A DNA stretch of 64,000 nt from Eledone cirrhosa (taxonomy: Eukaryota), in the NCBI GenBank assembly GCA_964016885.1, contig OZ024743.1, positions 300,824,001-300,888,000 on the forward strand, read 5' to 3'. The notes under the pieces are model-generated. The model had not been told where the DNA came from, searched no databases, and worked only from the letters and a program-made list of their open reading frames with translations. Numbering within the stretch: the first letter of the stretch is position 1; each line of letters begins with the position of its first letter. The translations under genes and the position numbers were made by a program. Positions 1-13,399 of the stretch are shown piece after piece.

Positions 1-177
1 CTGCAATGCTTGAGCAAGGCATGCCGTGCAATCGGACAGCATTTGGAGCCTTTTCGAAGGAGTGTACCACACCTTAGTAAGTAAACGCAACTGGACAAAC
101 GTTTACGAAACTGTGGGTGCTTCTCGAGTTTTAAGCATTCAAACTCTCACACATACACAGACAGACATCCTCAGTTT

Positions 178-221
<44 letters not shown>

Positions 222-556
222 TATATATATTATAATAATAATTTGTCCTAAAGGTAAAAATATATCGTTGCAAATACAAATGAGAAATTATGCTGGGTGC
301 TTCAATTTCATTCCGAGCTATTTCATCAGGATTGTTGTTATAAATGGTTTGAAAGTTGGAGACAGTGAAGATTACTGTGATGAAATCAAAGGAGATATAT
401 AGAAACAATAAAAAAAGAATAGTGACGAAATGGTTACAGTCACATAAATGCTGAGAATGAAATGGATTTGGGGCACTCAATAGCTCATTAACAGTGTGGT
501 GAAACACCAGCACAAACCTGGATTATGACTAACAATATCTGTATACTTATCTATAC

Positions 557-608
<52 letters not shown>

Positions 609-803
609 CCCCAGATTCCCTTACGTACGCACATGCACGTACCACCGCACAGAAACATCACACAGATTGAACCCCTCCCCGCAAATATATATATATATAT
701 ATTTTAAAGTTGCGACGGTAAACAGAAAGCAGAAAATCGTGGAAGCGAAAAAGCAGTACAAAAGTTATTATTAGTTTCACGCTTGAGAGTGGGGGTGGGG
801 GAC

Positions 804-831
804 GACGTTTCGGGTATAAGCCCTTCATCAG
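804..831 (-). ncRNA. Hammerhead core typical of PLE pLTRs
   Basis: CUGAUGA-a-GGG-cuuaua-CCC-GAAA-CG-UC. Stem I is poorly preserved. Confidence 0.55.
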
Positions 832-2962
832 GAGAAAAGTGGGGAGGAAGGGAGTTCTGAGGATGTGTGGTGGAGTGGTAGAGAGACATTACAAAAAAAA
901 TTAGTTTAAAAAGGGGGGGGGGTACGGGAGGAAAAGGAAGTGTTTGGAGAGTTAAACAATTAAAATTAAAAGAAACAAGTGGTGAAAGGGTGTGAGGCGG
1001 GTAGGGGTAGTGGTGGCTGAAGGGGTGTCGAGGGGAGAGGGAGACGGGGGAGGGCTGAAAGTGGTGTGTGTATATGTGTGTAGGTATACGTGTGTGTATG
1101 TGTATGTGGAAGTGAATGCGTGAGTTTGGGGAAAAAAAACCATGTAACATGTTCGGATAATAGGGAAACCGGTGTATACATGGGGTGGGGTGTGAGTATG
1201 TGTGTGTGCGTGTGGATGGAGAGGGGTCAGAGGTGGTGTCAGTTGTGGAGTGCGGAGGCTGAGCGTGTGTATGTAGAGATACGCACTTGTGCGTGTGCGT
1301 TTATATGTGGTGTGGGTGTATGGTGGGGTGATGCGAAAATAGTGTAAGTGTTTGTGTGTGTGTGTGTTGCTGGGGTTTTTCCGCTGATTGTGTGATCAGA
1401 TGTTGGAGATTCGGGTTGTTGCAGGATGGATGGCTCGAGCGTTGGGACAGTGGTATAAAATCCTGGCATGGTACTATAGAAGTGGAGAGCTGTGGGGTGG
1501 GCGCGCAACAGGAAGTGGTCAGAGGGTCAGGCAGGGCGCAGGAGGCGGGAGGAGCAGCGGCAGTAGTGTGGAGGCTGACAGGTAAAGAGAGGTCTGTATG
1601 TGGCGGGGAATGTGTGTATGTGTGTACGGTGAACAGGGGAGGGATGGGTAGGTGTGAAAATGGAGGCAAAGGCTGGCAGTGTGGGGGGTCGGTGTGTATA
1701 TTAGTGGAGGTGTTAGTAGGAGTGGGGGTGCTAGTAGAGCGTGGATAGAGAGGGGAGAGAAGGTATTGGGGACGTTAGGAGAGAGTGTAGTGTACTGGTG
1801 TGTGTATGTGTGTGTGGTAGCGTGGGTGTTGCTATTACTGGTGCTGGGGGAGGGGTTGAATGCGGGTTGCGAGTGGGTGTTAGTGGTGGTAGTGTGTGGT
1901 GGAGTGGGTGGTGTATAGGTGAGTACGTAGATGTGGGTGTGTGCTCCCACCTAGAATAGTGACTTCTAGGAGATGGTTCATCTTCTACCTGACTGTAAAA
2001 CGTGTATCATTGCATATACGTGGTTGTTCCACGTTTCTCAAAAGGATGATGGAAGTTCCAATATTTTATATTATATGTAGATATAGATATAGATAATTAA
2101 TATGAAAGATGTCCGTCAATGTAAAAAAGGTCCTTATTTACTTGAAATTGTCTGTACAAATGCCAAATAAATATGGTTACCGATAACATGCGTATCTATA
2201 AGTGGTCAGCTATAATAATAAAACAACAAATTATATGACACAAAAATGTATTCAGTAATTTCCATGCTCTTAGCCACTGAGTAATAGACTGGCAATGTTG
2301 TCCAGAGTTCAACTCGGGGAGGTGGCCTGGTTTGAAATCCAAATGGCAGATCCTTCTACTTGGAAAATAGAATCGTTTTTCAATATAACTCTAGCTCTCA
2401 CCGGCAATAAGATCCAACCTTTTTGCCAGACTCAGCATATGATGAGGTTTTATTACAAACGCAATCAGAAGCGACGCACGCAAACTTACACACGCACCCG
2501 TGCACTTACATACACGCACACACTCACACATGTTGATAGTTTTTACTTTCTGTGGAATGCTGCATGCACGCACAAACACATAAACATACTCACATGTTAA
2601 TAGTTATTATTTTCCTTCCCCTCTTATTTCCACACACATCACACACACACACATGTCTCTACACTGACACATATACATAGTGTATCCAAACGCATCGTTC
2701 ACTTTGCCTCTCTGTTTCTTACTCTCCCATCTCCCTCCGTCATTGGCATTATGCATATTAATTTAAGTTTGGCGTCGTTGAGGTGGGCGTAGTCGTTTGA
2801 AACCTATGAACCATGATAATCGAGAATTATGACACACGGAATACTGAAATTGTTGAAATTAATATATAGAGATTTAGGATGGTTATCGAACGTATATACA
2901 GAGTAATTACTGGTTCTATACACACACACACTCACACACACACACACATATATATATGTATA

Positions 2963-3006
<44 letters not shown>

Positions 3007-3007
3007 C

Positions 3008-3039
<32 letters not shown>

Positions 3040-3043
3040 GTAA

Positions 3044-3095
<52 letters not shown>

Positions 3096-3165
3096 GCGTG
3101 TATATATATATATATGGATATATATGGTGTAGATATTATCATAGAACGGCAGGACACATAGTAAT

Positions 3166-3349
3166 TGTTTCTACTTTAGGCACAAGGCCAGCAAATACCC
3201 AGTTCATTACTGGTACTTTATTTTATCGACCCCGTAACGATGAAAGGCAAAGTCAACCTCGGCGGGATTTGAACTCAGATCGTAAAGGGACGTAACTATG
3301 CTGGAAAGCATGGCGTCCGACCCTCTACCGATACTGCCAATCCACCCCC
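3166..3349 (-). mobile_element. tRNA-derived SINE with 19-bp TSD
   Basis: Head GGTGGATTGGCAGTATCGG (A-box-like) and GAGTTCAAATCC (B-box). TSD cggcaggacacatagtaat at 3147-3165 and 3350-3368. Multiple copies in the window. Confidence 0.88.
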
Positions 3350-3639
3350 CGGCAGGACACATAGTAATGCCACTGATGATGGGTACAGATGTGTGACGAG
3401 ACAATGTTGATAGAATATATATGAATATAATTATATCTTTATTTTTAACCGTTGGTCAATCAATGATAAACATTGATTGCCAGATAAAATTAACTATGGA
3501 GATATAAAAGATACAGAAGCGAAAACCAATCCAAAGCAAGTAGCGAGTGTGTTATATTATCATTTCTGGCAATATTATAACATTAAACCCCTCCCCAAAT
3601 ATAACAATATATATTTATATATATATATATATACATATG

Positions 3640-3676
<37 letters not shown>

Positions 3677-4999
3677 GCACATGGAATGGATGCATAAGTG
3701 GAATATACCAACGGCTTGTGTTGCAGGCATGTATATAGCAACGGCAGGCATAGTTAGAATTAAACGCAACATTAACCTGAAGTCAGCATCCAGTCCAACA
3801 TCAAAGTTGCAAATCAAAAATTCAATATTCCAATTCCAATTCAAAACCACATATAAGGTTGTAACCAAAATCAGACTTATATTGAGACGGCGTCCCCAAG
3901 TTGGTGGGACGGTGTTATCCAAGGTACATTACGAACTAGGTATCGTTGGATCTGACGTTGATTTCAGCTTATTCCGCCTTACATTCATTGGTTGCCATAA
4001 CATGGCATTGTCTTGCCGGTAGGGCCTTAGATAGACCCATCCGGTATCACTAAAGCAGAGAGGATGCATTTACGTCGGTGTCTGCAGGCCATTCATTTTC
4101 GATTCTTGATGTTTAATTTGCAAGTTTGATGTTGGACTTAATGTATGTATTCATCAAGTATGTCCTTTGTGAGATGTATAAGCATGCCCATGTGCATGCC
4201 CATGTGCATGCCCATGCGCGAGTACATGTTTGTATGAGTGTACATGCATATATGCATGCATGCATGTGTATGCATATATGTGTGTATGTATTTGTATGAA
4301 CATGTATGTGTAGGTGTATGCATATGTATGTGTAGATTTTCCATTTTTTCATCTGTATATATGTGCAGAATATTAAGCATATATGCTTTCCTGATTACAG
4401 TGCGCGTGTGTAAATATGTGCACATTCATCAAAAATACTTTTGAAATAACTTTTTTGAAAGGCCCTTTAAAGCATTCTTTTTATAAATGTTCTACTATAG
4501 TGTTTTTTTTTTTAAAATGTGTGTTTTTTAAGGTATTTTGAGGGTGAGTTTTTCTGAAACTTTTTTTAAAAGGTTTTTTTAAATGTTTTTCATAAAAAAA
4601 AAAAAAATATTTTTAAGTGTTCGCTGCACATTCAATATTTACTGTGAGTGTCGCATATAATAAAGGTGCGGGTGTGTAGGTGATTGTTGTGGGTCTATAA
4701 GTGCCCATATGTATCACGCCTGTGCTAAACAGGGACATGGGTGTGGGTGCTTACAGGCCGGGAAGGCTGCGACAGGGCGCGAGCGTTTCTATCATACAAC
4801 CCCTCACCTCCTACAATAGTAATTCCGATATAAGAAACAGCTTTGTTTGACAGGTAGCATATGAAAGGAACCAGATAAATTACGGCCATGTGTGGCCAAA
4901 AATCCCGTGTACTATGTTTTACCACTCAGCGACAAACAACTACAGGATGAAACCGCAGCTGTAACTGGACATTTGGAAACTCTGCTTCAAATAATCGAA

Positions 5000-5092
5000 A
5001 CGTATCTGAGGACCTTGCGATTTCAGAGTCAGGTTCGATCATTGCATCGATCATGTCTCGAGCTGGTCGCCAGAGAAACGATTGTAATGTGT
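5000..5092 (+). ncRNA. Hammerhead-like motif with long stem II
   Basis: ACGUAU-CUGAGGA-...-GAAA-CGAUUG-UA-AUGUGU. The 3' half is homologous to the arms of the 26769-26945 inverted repeat (GAAA-CAAUUG-UA). Confidence 0.55.
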
Positions 5093-5239
5093 CTAATAAA
5101 CTTTATTCGTCGCACCACTGATTCTCCGTTTCTTATGTGATATTATTCTCTGCTCTGTAAAAGCATCGAGTGATCAAACGGCCTACCGCATATGGACGGT
5201 TTAAGCATCCCACACCAATTATATATATATATATATAAT

Positions 5240-6963
5240 ATATTTATAAAATAACAGAAAGCTGGACTGGTGTAAATCATTGACAGGTTTATTATACAAT
5301 GATCATTTCAATGACCGGGTTCAGTATGAATCCGGTGCTATCATCCTGTATTCAAAATATAACAAAGGAATATAACAGACAAAATCCATGGCGCTGAAAA
5401 TCAGAGACAAGAGGACGACCGACTATTTACCAGCTTCTAGCTCAGTCGGCCGCCCTCGAGTGTTGATTATTAAGTCCACTTATGACCATCTGGTGAGGGG
5501 CGCAAGCTTACAAAGGTCATGCCTCAATCAGGCTGATCAGGCGTGCTAGAAATTGCCGCTAAAAATGTTTTTTCCAAAGAAGATATATCTTCAACAAAGG
5601 CATATATAGTGGGCGTCTCTATGGTATAATGTGTGGACAGAAATGTCGGTTAACAATTAGAAACGTTAAACTTATGTTTAGAGTTATAGGATGAAATTAG
5701 AAAAATAAGGTTTAATGTTTGGGTTGTGAGATTTAGTTAAAGACTTTACAGAAAGTGGCTTTTATGAAAATGTTTAAGTGTATTATAGATATTCACGATA
5801 AGTTTTCAGGTTAGGATATAGAGTAAATATTAAGTACCTTTAAATTCAAGTTTAATCATAACTATTAGCTGTATCATGCCTCCCTCTACTAGCACGTAAC
5901 TAAATCCCCTTTCTGTGTGAATTACTAGTAATCGTTTGGTATATACGATGGCCAGACGGGCTTAGGATCGCCGCGCCGCCGGCATTGGCCGCCAAATAGT
6001 ATCTTTAATTTCTAGGCTTAGTCATAACCATTAGCTGTATCATGCCTCTTCCTTCACGCACTTAACTAAATCCCCACCCTCTGTGATCTAATAGCAACCG
6101 TTTGGTATATATGATGGCCAGCCGGTGCCGGGGGACTTCCCGCTAACGCACCCGATCACAAAGACAGTTACATTCCTGGAGTGCTCGGAAACTTTAATTT
6201 CCATTTCTTTCGCTAGATGATACTACTTGGAACAGCTGGCACGTGGGTGCGGGTGGTTGGCGGGGTGCCCGCAGTCGTCGCTGTTTTTTAACCGCTACGC
6301 AAGGGCGTAATATTTACTCTATATACTACCCTGAACATTTATTGTGACTATTTATATTACACTTAAACTGTTTCATAAAAGCTTCCTTCGTAAATATTCA
6401 CCTCTCTATATCACTTACACACACTCTCTCTTTCTCAGTCTCTCTGTCAATCTCTCTCTCTCTTTTTCATTCTCGCACACTCTCTCAAAGTTTTACTCTC
6501 TCTCTCTCTGTCACTCTCTATATCTCTCTCATTCACACACACTCTCTCCCTTTTTAATCTCTATGTGTGTCTCTGTTGAAGGTATTTGTTTTTTGAAAAA
6601 ACATTTTTTTAGGCAATTTCGTGCATGTGTCACAAGCCTGATTGACGCGACCTCAGTGCTGACATTTCCATCTGACGGGATGGTAGTAGTGCATTATAAG
6701 CTTGCGCCCCACACCAGATGGTCATAAGTAGACTTAATAATCAACACTTCGGTGCGGCCGACAGAGGTAGAAGATGCAAAATTGTCGGTCGTCCTCCTGT
6801 CTCTGATTTTCAGCACCATGGATTTTATCTGTTATATTCCTTCGTTATATTTTGAATTACCTGTGGATGTCACCGGATCATACTGAACCCGGTCATTGAA
6901 ATGATCATAGTATAATAAACCTTTCAAGGATTTACACCAGTATATCCTCCTGTTATTTTATAA
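5240..6963. repeat. Long diverged inverted repeat (~5240-5560 / ~6610-6963), each arm with a decayed hammerhead; internal ~165-bp-period direct repeat (5858-5956 / 6023-6121)
   Basis: The arms are reverse complements. The right arm reads CUGUGGA..ACCGG..CCGGU..GAAA-UGAUCA-UA-GUAU at 6856-6913. Confidence 0.7.
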
Positions 6964-8160
6964 TAATTAACTGCGTACTCGCACCACCAACAACACAAAC
7001 GAAACGGGTGAGTTGCACTACGTTGAGTGTTCTCCATAATATTACATCGAGGTTGACCACACGGAATGACCAGTTCTATCCAGTGGTGGACCAACAAACC
7101 TAAATAAATAAATATATATATATATATATTTGTGTGTGTGTGTTTGTGTTTCTGAGTGTGCATGCATTTATGTGTGTGGGAAGTGTATGTGTCTGTGTGT
7201 GTATGTCTGTATATTCTCTTATATTACATAACATAATATCCAATATATCCACTCGTACGTAAACGTTTAATTCAGCTGCACGAAACATGCTTGACCATGT
7301 TTTTTCCAATAACACCACACCTTGAACACAATTCTTCTACTACACCTCGCATCAGTTTAAGCATGAACAGCGTGATGTGGCAGATAGAATTCATAGGGAA
7401 ATCCCGTCTGGCTCTCTCCACTTCAGTAGTAAAATTAACTGATGTAATATCAGAAATTAGTATCCTGGAGTTCACTACAAATTGCACTTCATTTTGAACA
7501 GTACTGTCAATTTTATACTGATTTTTACTACGCTCAATACGACAAGAAATAGATGACTTGCAAAATGGTTTCCGGCGGTCCTCATCTTTATATAAGGGAC
7601 AATGTATAAGAAACATATAATAAAACATTAAATATTCTGCAAGAAATTGCAGACTATGCAGTTTATTCCTATAATTATTATTACTGTTGAATCATTCATA
7701 AAAATAAAATACACTATTCTCTATTTCCAGTCTTATATTGTATGATCCTTCCACCAATATATATATATATCTTAAACTTCCCGGTCATAAAATTGCGAAG
7801 GGCAATATATATATATAATGTAATTCTAGATGCCTTACCAAAGCGAGATAACAGTCGCTGGAATACGATCTATTATAAATTTACTCAAATGAACCATAAT
7901 ATCAACAAATACTAATATACCACCTAGAGCGCGGAGGCACTGCGTTATATTTCCTGGTTATAATTGGAAGAAAAATATGCAAACATAAGAGTATGCCTAC
8001 ATAAAATGTACGGTTATATGGGATGATGTAATCGAAGTTAGATTATGGTGGTAAAAAGAAAGGATTGTTGAGACTTGAGAGTAAAAATACGTTTGACTGG
8101 GACGTAAAAGGATCTGCATCTAATATATAAGTGTAAATTCGTATTACAATGCATTATTAT

Positions 8161-8345
8161 GGTGGATTGGCAGTATCGCTCGAGGGTCGGACGCCATGCT
8201 TTCCAGCATAGTTACGTCCCTTTACGATCTGAGTTCATATCCCGCCGAGGTTGACTTTGCCTTTCATCCTTACGGGGTCGATAAAATAAAGTACCAGTAA
8301 TGCATTGAGTAATTGCTGGCCTTGTGCCAAATGTAGAATCAATTA
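8161..8345 (+). mobile_element. tRNA-derived SINE (same family)
   Basis: Reverse complement of 3166-3349 with few differences. Confidence 0.88.
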
Positions 8346-9828
8346 TTGTATGGCTTTTTATTTCCATTTCAAAACTAAATTCTTCATTACTAGCCATCGA
8401 AAGGATATCAATGTTGTCGCACCCATTGCTAGAAACTACAGTTAAATCTTGTTCATATCACACTCATTCTTCTTCGAGAAAAGGCATGGACAGAGTGGTT
8501 AATGAAATACTTTTAGAAGACAAGTTTGTGATAATTGACATTCATGTGATCATCATACTGTTCAAACTGTTTTGACGTTAGTTTGAACAACACCACAACA
8601 AAATTTAAAATTTCATTTTACCTCCAAACTACAGAAATCTACATTTAATTAATTTTAATTAATTGTAATTATTATATTTTCCGCCAATTCCTATATATTT
8701 GCTTGTATTTTCCAGTTACATGGCGTGTGTTATTACCAATATGATATATATTTCTTTAATTAAAATTCCTCAACCTAATGCATTCATTGTTAATATTTCA
8801 TTTAGCATTCATCCTAGTGATATATTCTAGAGATGTTTTTCGGTTATAATGTATCTCCTTATTCATCTACTAAACAATTATATGACCTTTATCATTTTCC
8901 ACATTTATAAACTCAGGTTGATCAGATTTTGCTGATGGGGCTCAATACGAATGAATATGTTCGCAGTTTTTGGCGCATTATTAAATGTAAGTCTTTCCCA
9001 AAAATGTATTCACTACTTAATAAAGTTAAATTAATTATTATTTCACATTATATTTCTGTATTTTAAAGCAGAAGTAGCCATTTCCATAATATTCTTATCA
9101 CTAAGGATGTTGTATCGCCAACAGAGTGTTTTTCCATTACCACATGAAATATTGTAGCACCGACTCTCTCGTTAAGGTTTCACCTACACTAACCTGTAAT
9201 GTTCTAAGAATACTCCACAACAAACATTTCAGGGCCACAACAGCTCATTATTTAAGCTAACTCGTTTTCTCTATAGATTCTTTGTAACAAAACAAACACA
9301 ATTGCTATAAAACCATGAATAACTGAAGCATTAACGATATTTGTTAGCTTTATCGAGTAAAGGCGTGATAAATGCTGACATAATTTATAGTTTCGACATC
9401 ATAATAAATAAGTCCACCGAAACAAGATACGCTCTCATAATCGTGACAATCTATTTTGGAGATTATATAGGGACATACGATTCGGCTGAAAACAAGTGCT
9501 GAACGAGATATACCAAACTGTTCAAAGTTTGAGGGATATATTGCCTGTATCTAAAATATTATAGACTACCACTGAGATATGTTATAATTCAAGGAAACGC
9601 TAACCCATAAAGATTAATGATTAAATAATGTATATGAATAAGGAAACATCGTTGGATGTTTTTGATGAAGTTTTCATTACAATATAACTTGGTTTTCATG
9701 TGGCATTTAAACAAGAATGAAGTGAAGGGCCTTTTGAAACATGGCAATAAAACTTCAAGTGGTAAATTAACAGTAAGTAGACGCGCAAACACATAGACAT
9801 GCAGTCACTTGCATAAATCAAAAGAAAA

Positions 9829-9859
<31 letters not shown>

Positions 9860-10090
9860 TACATAAACACACGCGCACGCACATACAACCCCCCGCCCAC
9901 ACACATATATATATTGAATTAGGAGCTATCAACATATGTTGGCTACAGAAAAGAGCCAATAAGACCTTATATATATATATATATATATAAATATTTGAAT
10001 TCTTGTCTCTATGTGCGTGCGGGCACACGGGTGTATGTGGATCTTTGTGACCGTGTGTCGGGTATACAAATTTATCTATATATATATATA

Positions 10091-10635
10091 TCGGGAATTT
10101 TATATTCTCCGAGCGAGAAGAGCCTTCTGACGAGAATCCCCATCTCAATGGTGGTCCGCCTGGATTATCCATTTATTTTGGGATTTGAAACCGCGCGGTT
10201 TCAAATGAGGGTACATATAGTAAGTACAGCGAACTTTTTGAAATTTATTTTAAAACTTGTTTCTCTATTTACTAAAGCTTGATGTTATATGTTCTGGCTC
10301 GTTAATTTATTAACCTGCCATAGAACCACATTGGCATACGGTTGGATAATACTTGTATCCCTATATGTATTCTTTACACGTAGGAACACATACTTTATTA
10401 TTATTAATCTCCCCTAAGGTAGAGATAACATTTTGGTGGTTTGAACTGCTGCTATTTCTAATGGACATTGACCTGACCTGGACATTGACCTGTCCACCCT
10501 TGCCTTCTGTCGTTACACACGGCACTAGACAGAATTGGTCCCTTCCTCATTCACTCTCATATGGGAACAGTTGTGTATGGTGCCAGTTCGTGATTTGAAC
10601 TCGGGAATTTTATATTCTCCGAGCGAGAAGAACCT

Positions 10636-10640
<5 letters not shown>
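10091..10640 (+). mobile_element. 510-bp-period non-coding element with 40-bp terminal direct repeats and an HHR-like motif
   Basis: 10091-10130 matches 10601-10640 (39/40). CUGACGA-GAAUCCC...GGGAUUU-GAAA-CCGCGCGG-U at 10127-10199. TA arrays on both sides. Confidence 0.7.
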
Positions 10641-10703
<63 letters not shown>

Positions 10704-10874
10704 ATTTTTATGTATCTATTTCCTTATTTTTATAAAATAATTGTTGACCCCCTTTCGATTTACCTATTCTTTTAACACCCGGCCGAGTAACCCACTCGAT
10801 ATGCAAATTGGGCTACTCAGTCGTTAATATACATAAGGTAAGTATATACGTTCAACAATCTGGCAGGAAGGTAT

Positions 10875-10917
10875 ACGTTGCTGACGATAGCTGATAAGCT
10901 TGAAACTAGTACAGCGT
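10875..10917 (+). ncRNA. Minimal type I hammerhead ribozyme
   Basis: ACGUUG-CUGACGA-u-AGC-ugauaa-GCU-u-GAAA-CUAG-UA-CAGCGU. Confidence 0.85.
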
Positions 10918-11187
10918 TCCTTTGTCAGTGTTGAACAAACGAGCAAAGATGGTTGCTAGACACTACGGCTTAATACGGGATGTTTGTTTACAAACACACC
11001 GAGCATTATAATAACTGTTCGGTGAATCCATACGTACATGTATATATGTGTGCATGTATGTATATATATATAGACATAATGTATATATATATATATACAT
11101 ACTACTGTACGCCTGTATACATGTATGCATGTACGTGTACATACTTATATATATATATATATACATGTATGCATATACGTGTACATA

Positions 11188-11245
<58 letters not shown>

Positions 11246-11252
<7 letters not shown>

Positions 11253-12280
11253 GATCGAGTATCGAAAAATCGGCGCACGAGTTCACGAAAACAATTCGAG
11301 GGAATGTGGAAATACACATATCGAATAAGAGTGCTCAATAGACATGTTAAGATAAAACAAAAGCTATTCATCACTCAATAGAATCGACAAAAAATGAGCA
11401 ATAAAATTAACTGGTGGATAGCTATGTCCAGAGCTAAAAATATTAGAAAGATCGAGTATCGAAAAATCGGCGCACGAGTTCACGATAAACAAAATTCGAA
11501 ATGAGCGGCAGAGGGCTCAATAATTCAGATGAATCAGAGCTATAACTATCGTTAAAATACCGTCACATATAGAACAAGTCTACAATCAACCATACGATAA
11601 AAAATCGATAATAGAAGATTCGGGACAAACAGATAAAAAATATCAATAAAACAATACGTCAATAATTTAAATGAAAGTAAAATCATACCCGGACCCACTA
11701 GACAGGTGTTAAATCTAGCTTCATGGGTTTCTGTAAATCCTTAGACTGTACTCTATCAGCTCACATATAAATATAAAAGCCTACTAGAGTAAGCGGAACG
11801 GAGTTTACTTTCTCAACGAGCTTTTTTCCTGGCGGGAGAGGGGCTAACTACCAGTGAAAAACGCACATGGCATTAGACAAGGGAGATAACCTCTATATCC
11901 GCGAAAACAATTCGAGGGAATGTGGAAATACACATATCGAATAAGAGTGCTCAATAGACATGTTAAAATAAAACAAAAGCTATTCATCACTCAATAGAAT
12001 CGACAAAAAATGAGCAATAAAATTAACTGGAGGATAGCTATGTCCAGAGCTAAAAATATTAGAAAGATCGAGTATCGAAAAATCGGCGCACGAGTTCACG
12101 ATAAACAAAATTCGAAATGAGCGGCAGAGGGCTCAATAATTCAGATGAATCAGAGCTATAACTATCGTTAAAATACCGTCACATATAGAACAAGTCTACA
12201 ATCAACCATACGATAAAAAATCGATAATAGAAGATTCGGGACAAACAGATAAAAAATATCAATAAAACAATACGTCAATA

Positions 12281-12285
<5 letters not shown>
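11246..12285. repeat. Partial-tandem non-coding element, ~617-bp period, inserted in (TA)n
   Basis: ~11286-11668 is repeated at ~11903-12285. The motif tagaaagatcgagtatcgaaaaatcggcgcacgagttcacg occurs at 11247, 11443 and 12060, and a near copy at 48361. Confidence 0.8.
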
Positions 12286-12345
<60 letters not shown>

Positions 12346-12548
12346 TATGTACACATACTTGCATACATGTATACAGACTTACAGTAGTATGTATATATAT
12401 ATATACATACATGCACACATATATACATGTACGTATGGATTCACCGAACAGTTATTATAATGCTCGGTGTGTTTGTAAACAAACATCCCGTATTAAGCCG
12501 TAGTGTCTAGCAACCATCTTTGCTCGTTTGTTCAACACTGACAAAGGA

Positions 12549-12591
12549 ACGCTGTACTAGTTTCAAGCGTATTAGCTATCGTCAGCAACGT
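12549..12591 (-). ncRNA. Minimal hammerhead, inverted copy of 10875-10917
   Basis: Reverse complement with the same core and stem I. Confidence 0.8.
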
Positions 12592-13399
12592 ATACCTTCC
12601 TGCCAGATTGTTGAACTTATATACTTACCTTATGCATATTAACGACTGAGTAGCCCGATTTGCATATCGAGTGGGTTAATCGGCATGGTTTTAAAAGAAT
12701 AGGTAAATCGAAAGGGGGTAAAACATTTTTTTTATAAAAATAAGGAAATAAATATATAAAAATCAATTTCTGGTTACTACTCCATTTCCACAATCACCAA
12801 ACTTCTCATTGGTATTGCTAAGGTATAGAAACGTTTAATAGGTGGAGAATGGAAAAAAAGTACTAAATACGAGATTGTAGTGAAAGAATTTTGTAAAGCC
12901 GGCTTTACAGGGGGTCTTACACCACTGCTATAGATAGTTAGTAATCAGCCAATGCTATGTTACCATGACAAGTTAATAAGTCGAGAACAAAAATACTAAA
13001 ATACTACTACAAACATACTACAACAAAATATTAATACAAAAATACTAATACAAAAATACTAATACAACAATATTAATACAAAAACACCACTAAGAAATTT
13101 ACAAACCACAGAAATGTAGCAGCAACCAGAACGAAAAAAAATTACTGGGGTCTAACACATCTGCTATAAAAAACGTAATCGGCCAATTCTATCTTTAAAA
13201 TAGGGGGAGGGGATACTGAGGCTACAGAGGACCGATGGGCTGCATCGGGGTATGCGACAGGTGAGAAAAAGACGATGAAGGAGATCTGGGGTGGAAGGAC
13301 TAGTAAGAGATGGGGGAAGGAGGGACACAGAGGAAAAGGTAAACAAGTTACGTTTAACTTTGTAAGCAGGGGTTATCCCTTACAAAATCGGCAAGTGGG

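Larger units (their letters stand above)
10701..12770. mobile_element. Inverted pair of HHR-bearing non-coding elements (10701-11190 / 12343-12770) enclosing a nested tandem element
   Basis: The arms are reverse complements. A homologue lies at 46197-46880. Confidence 0.8.

Noticed and set aside
245-275. CTGATGA...GAAA on the minus strand
   Set aside because: Stems do not pair convincingly.
1000-1960. GT-rich region with several ORFs, possibly a decayed PLE 3' end (DHFLLRAH resembles an endonuclease His motif)
   Set aside because: Low complexity and too degenerate to call. Only the adjacent HHR core at 804-831 is reported.
3166-3349. tRNA gene
   Set aside because: A and B boxes are present, but there is no cloverleaf. 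It is multi-copy with TSDs, so it is a SINE head.
7272-7636. 118-aa minus-strand ORF behind an acceptor-like tttcttgcag
   Set aside because: No recognisable domain or convincing donor. It cannot be supported as a host exon without transcript data.
11246-12100. 45-bp motif repeated with intervening sequence, superficially CRISPR-like
   Set aside because: The intervening sequences are themselves duplicated and of irregular length, the context is eukaryotic, and there are no cas genes.
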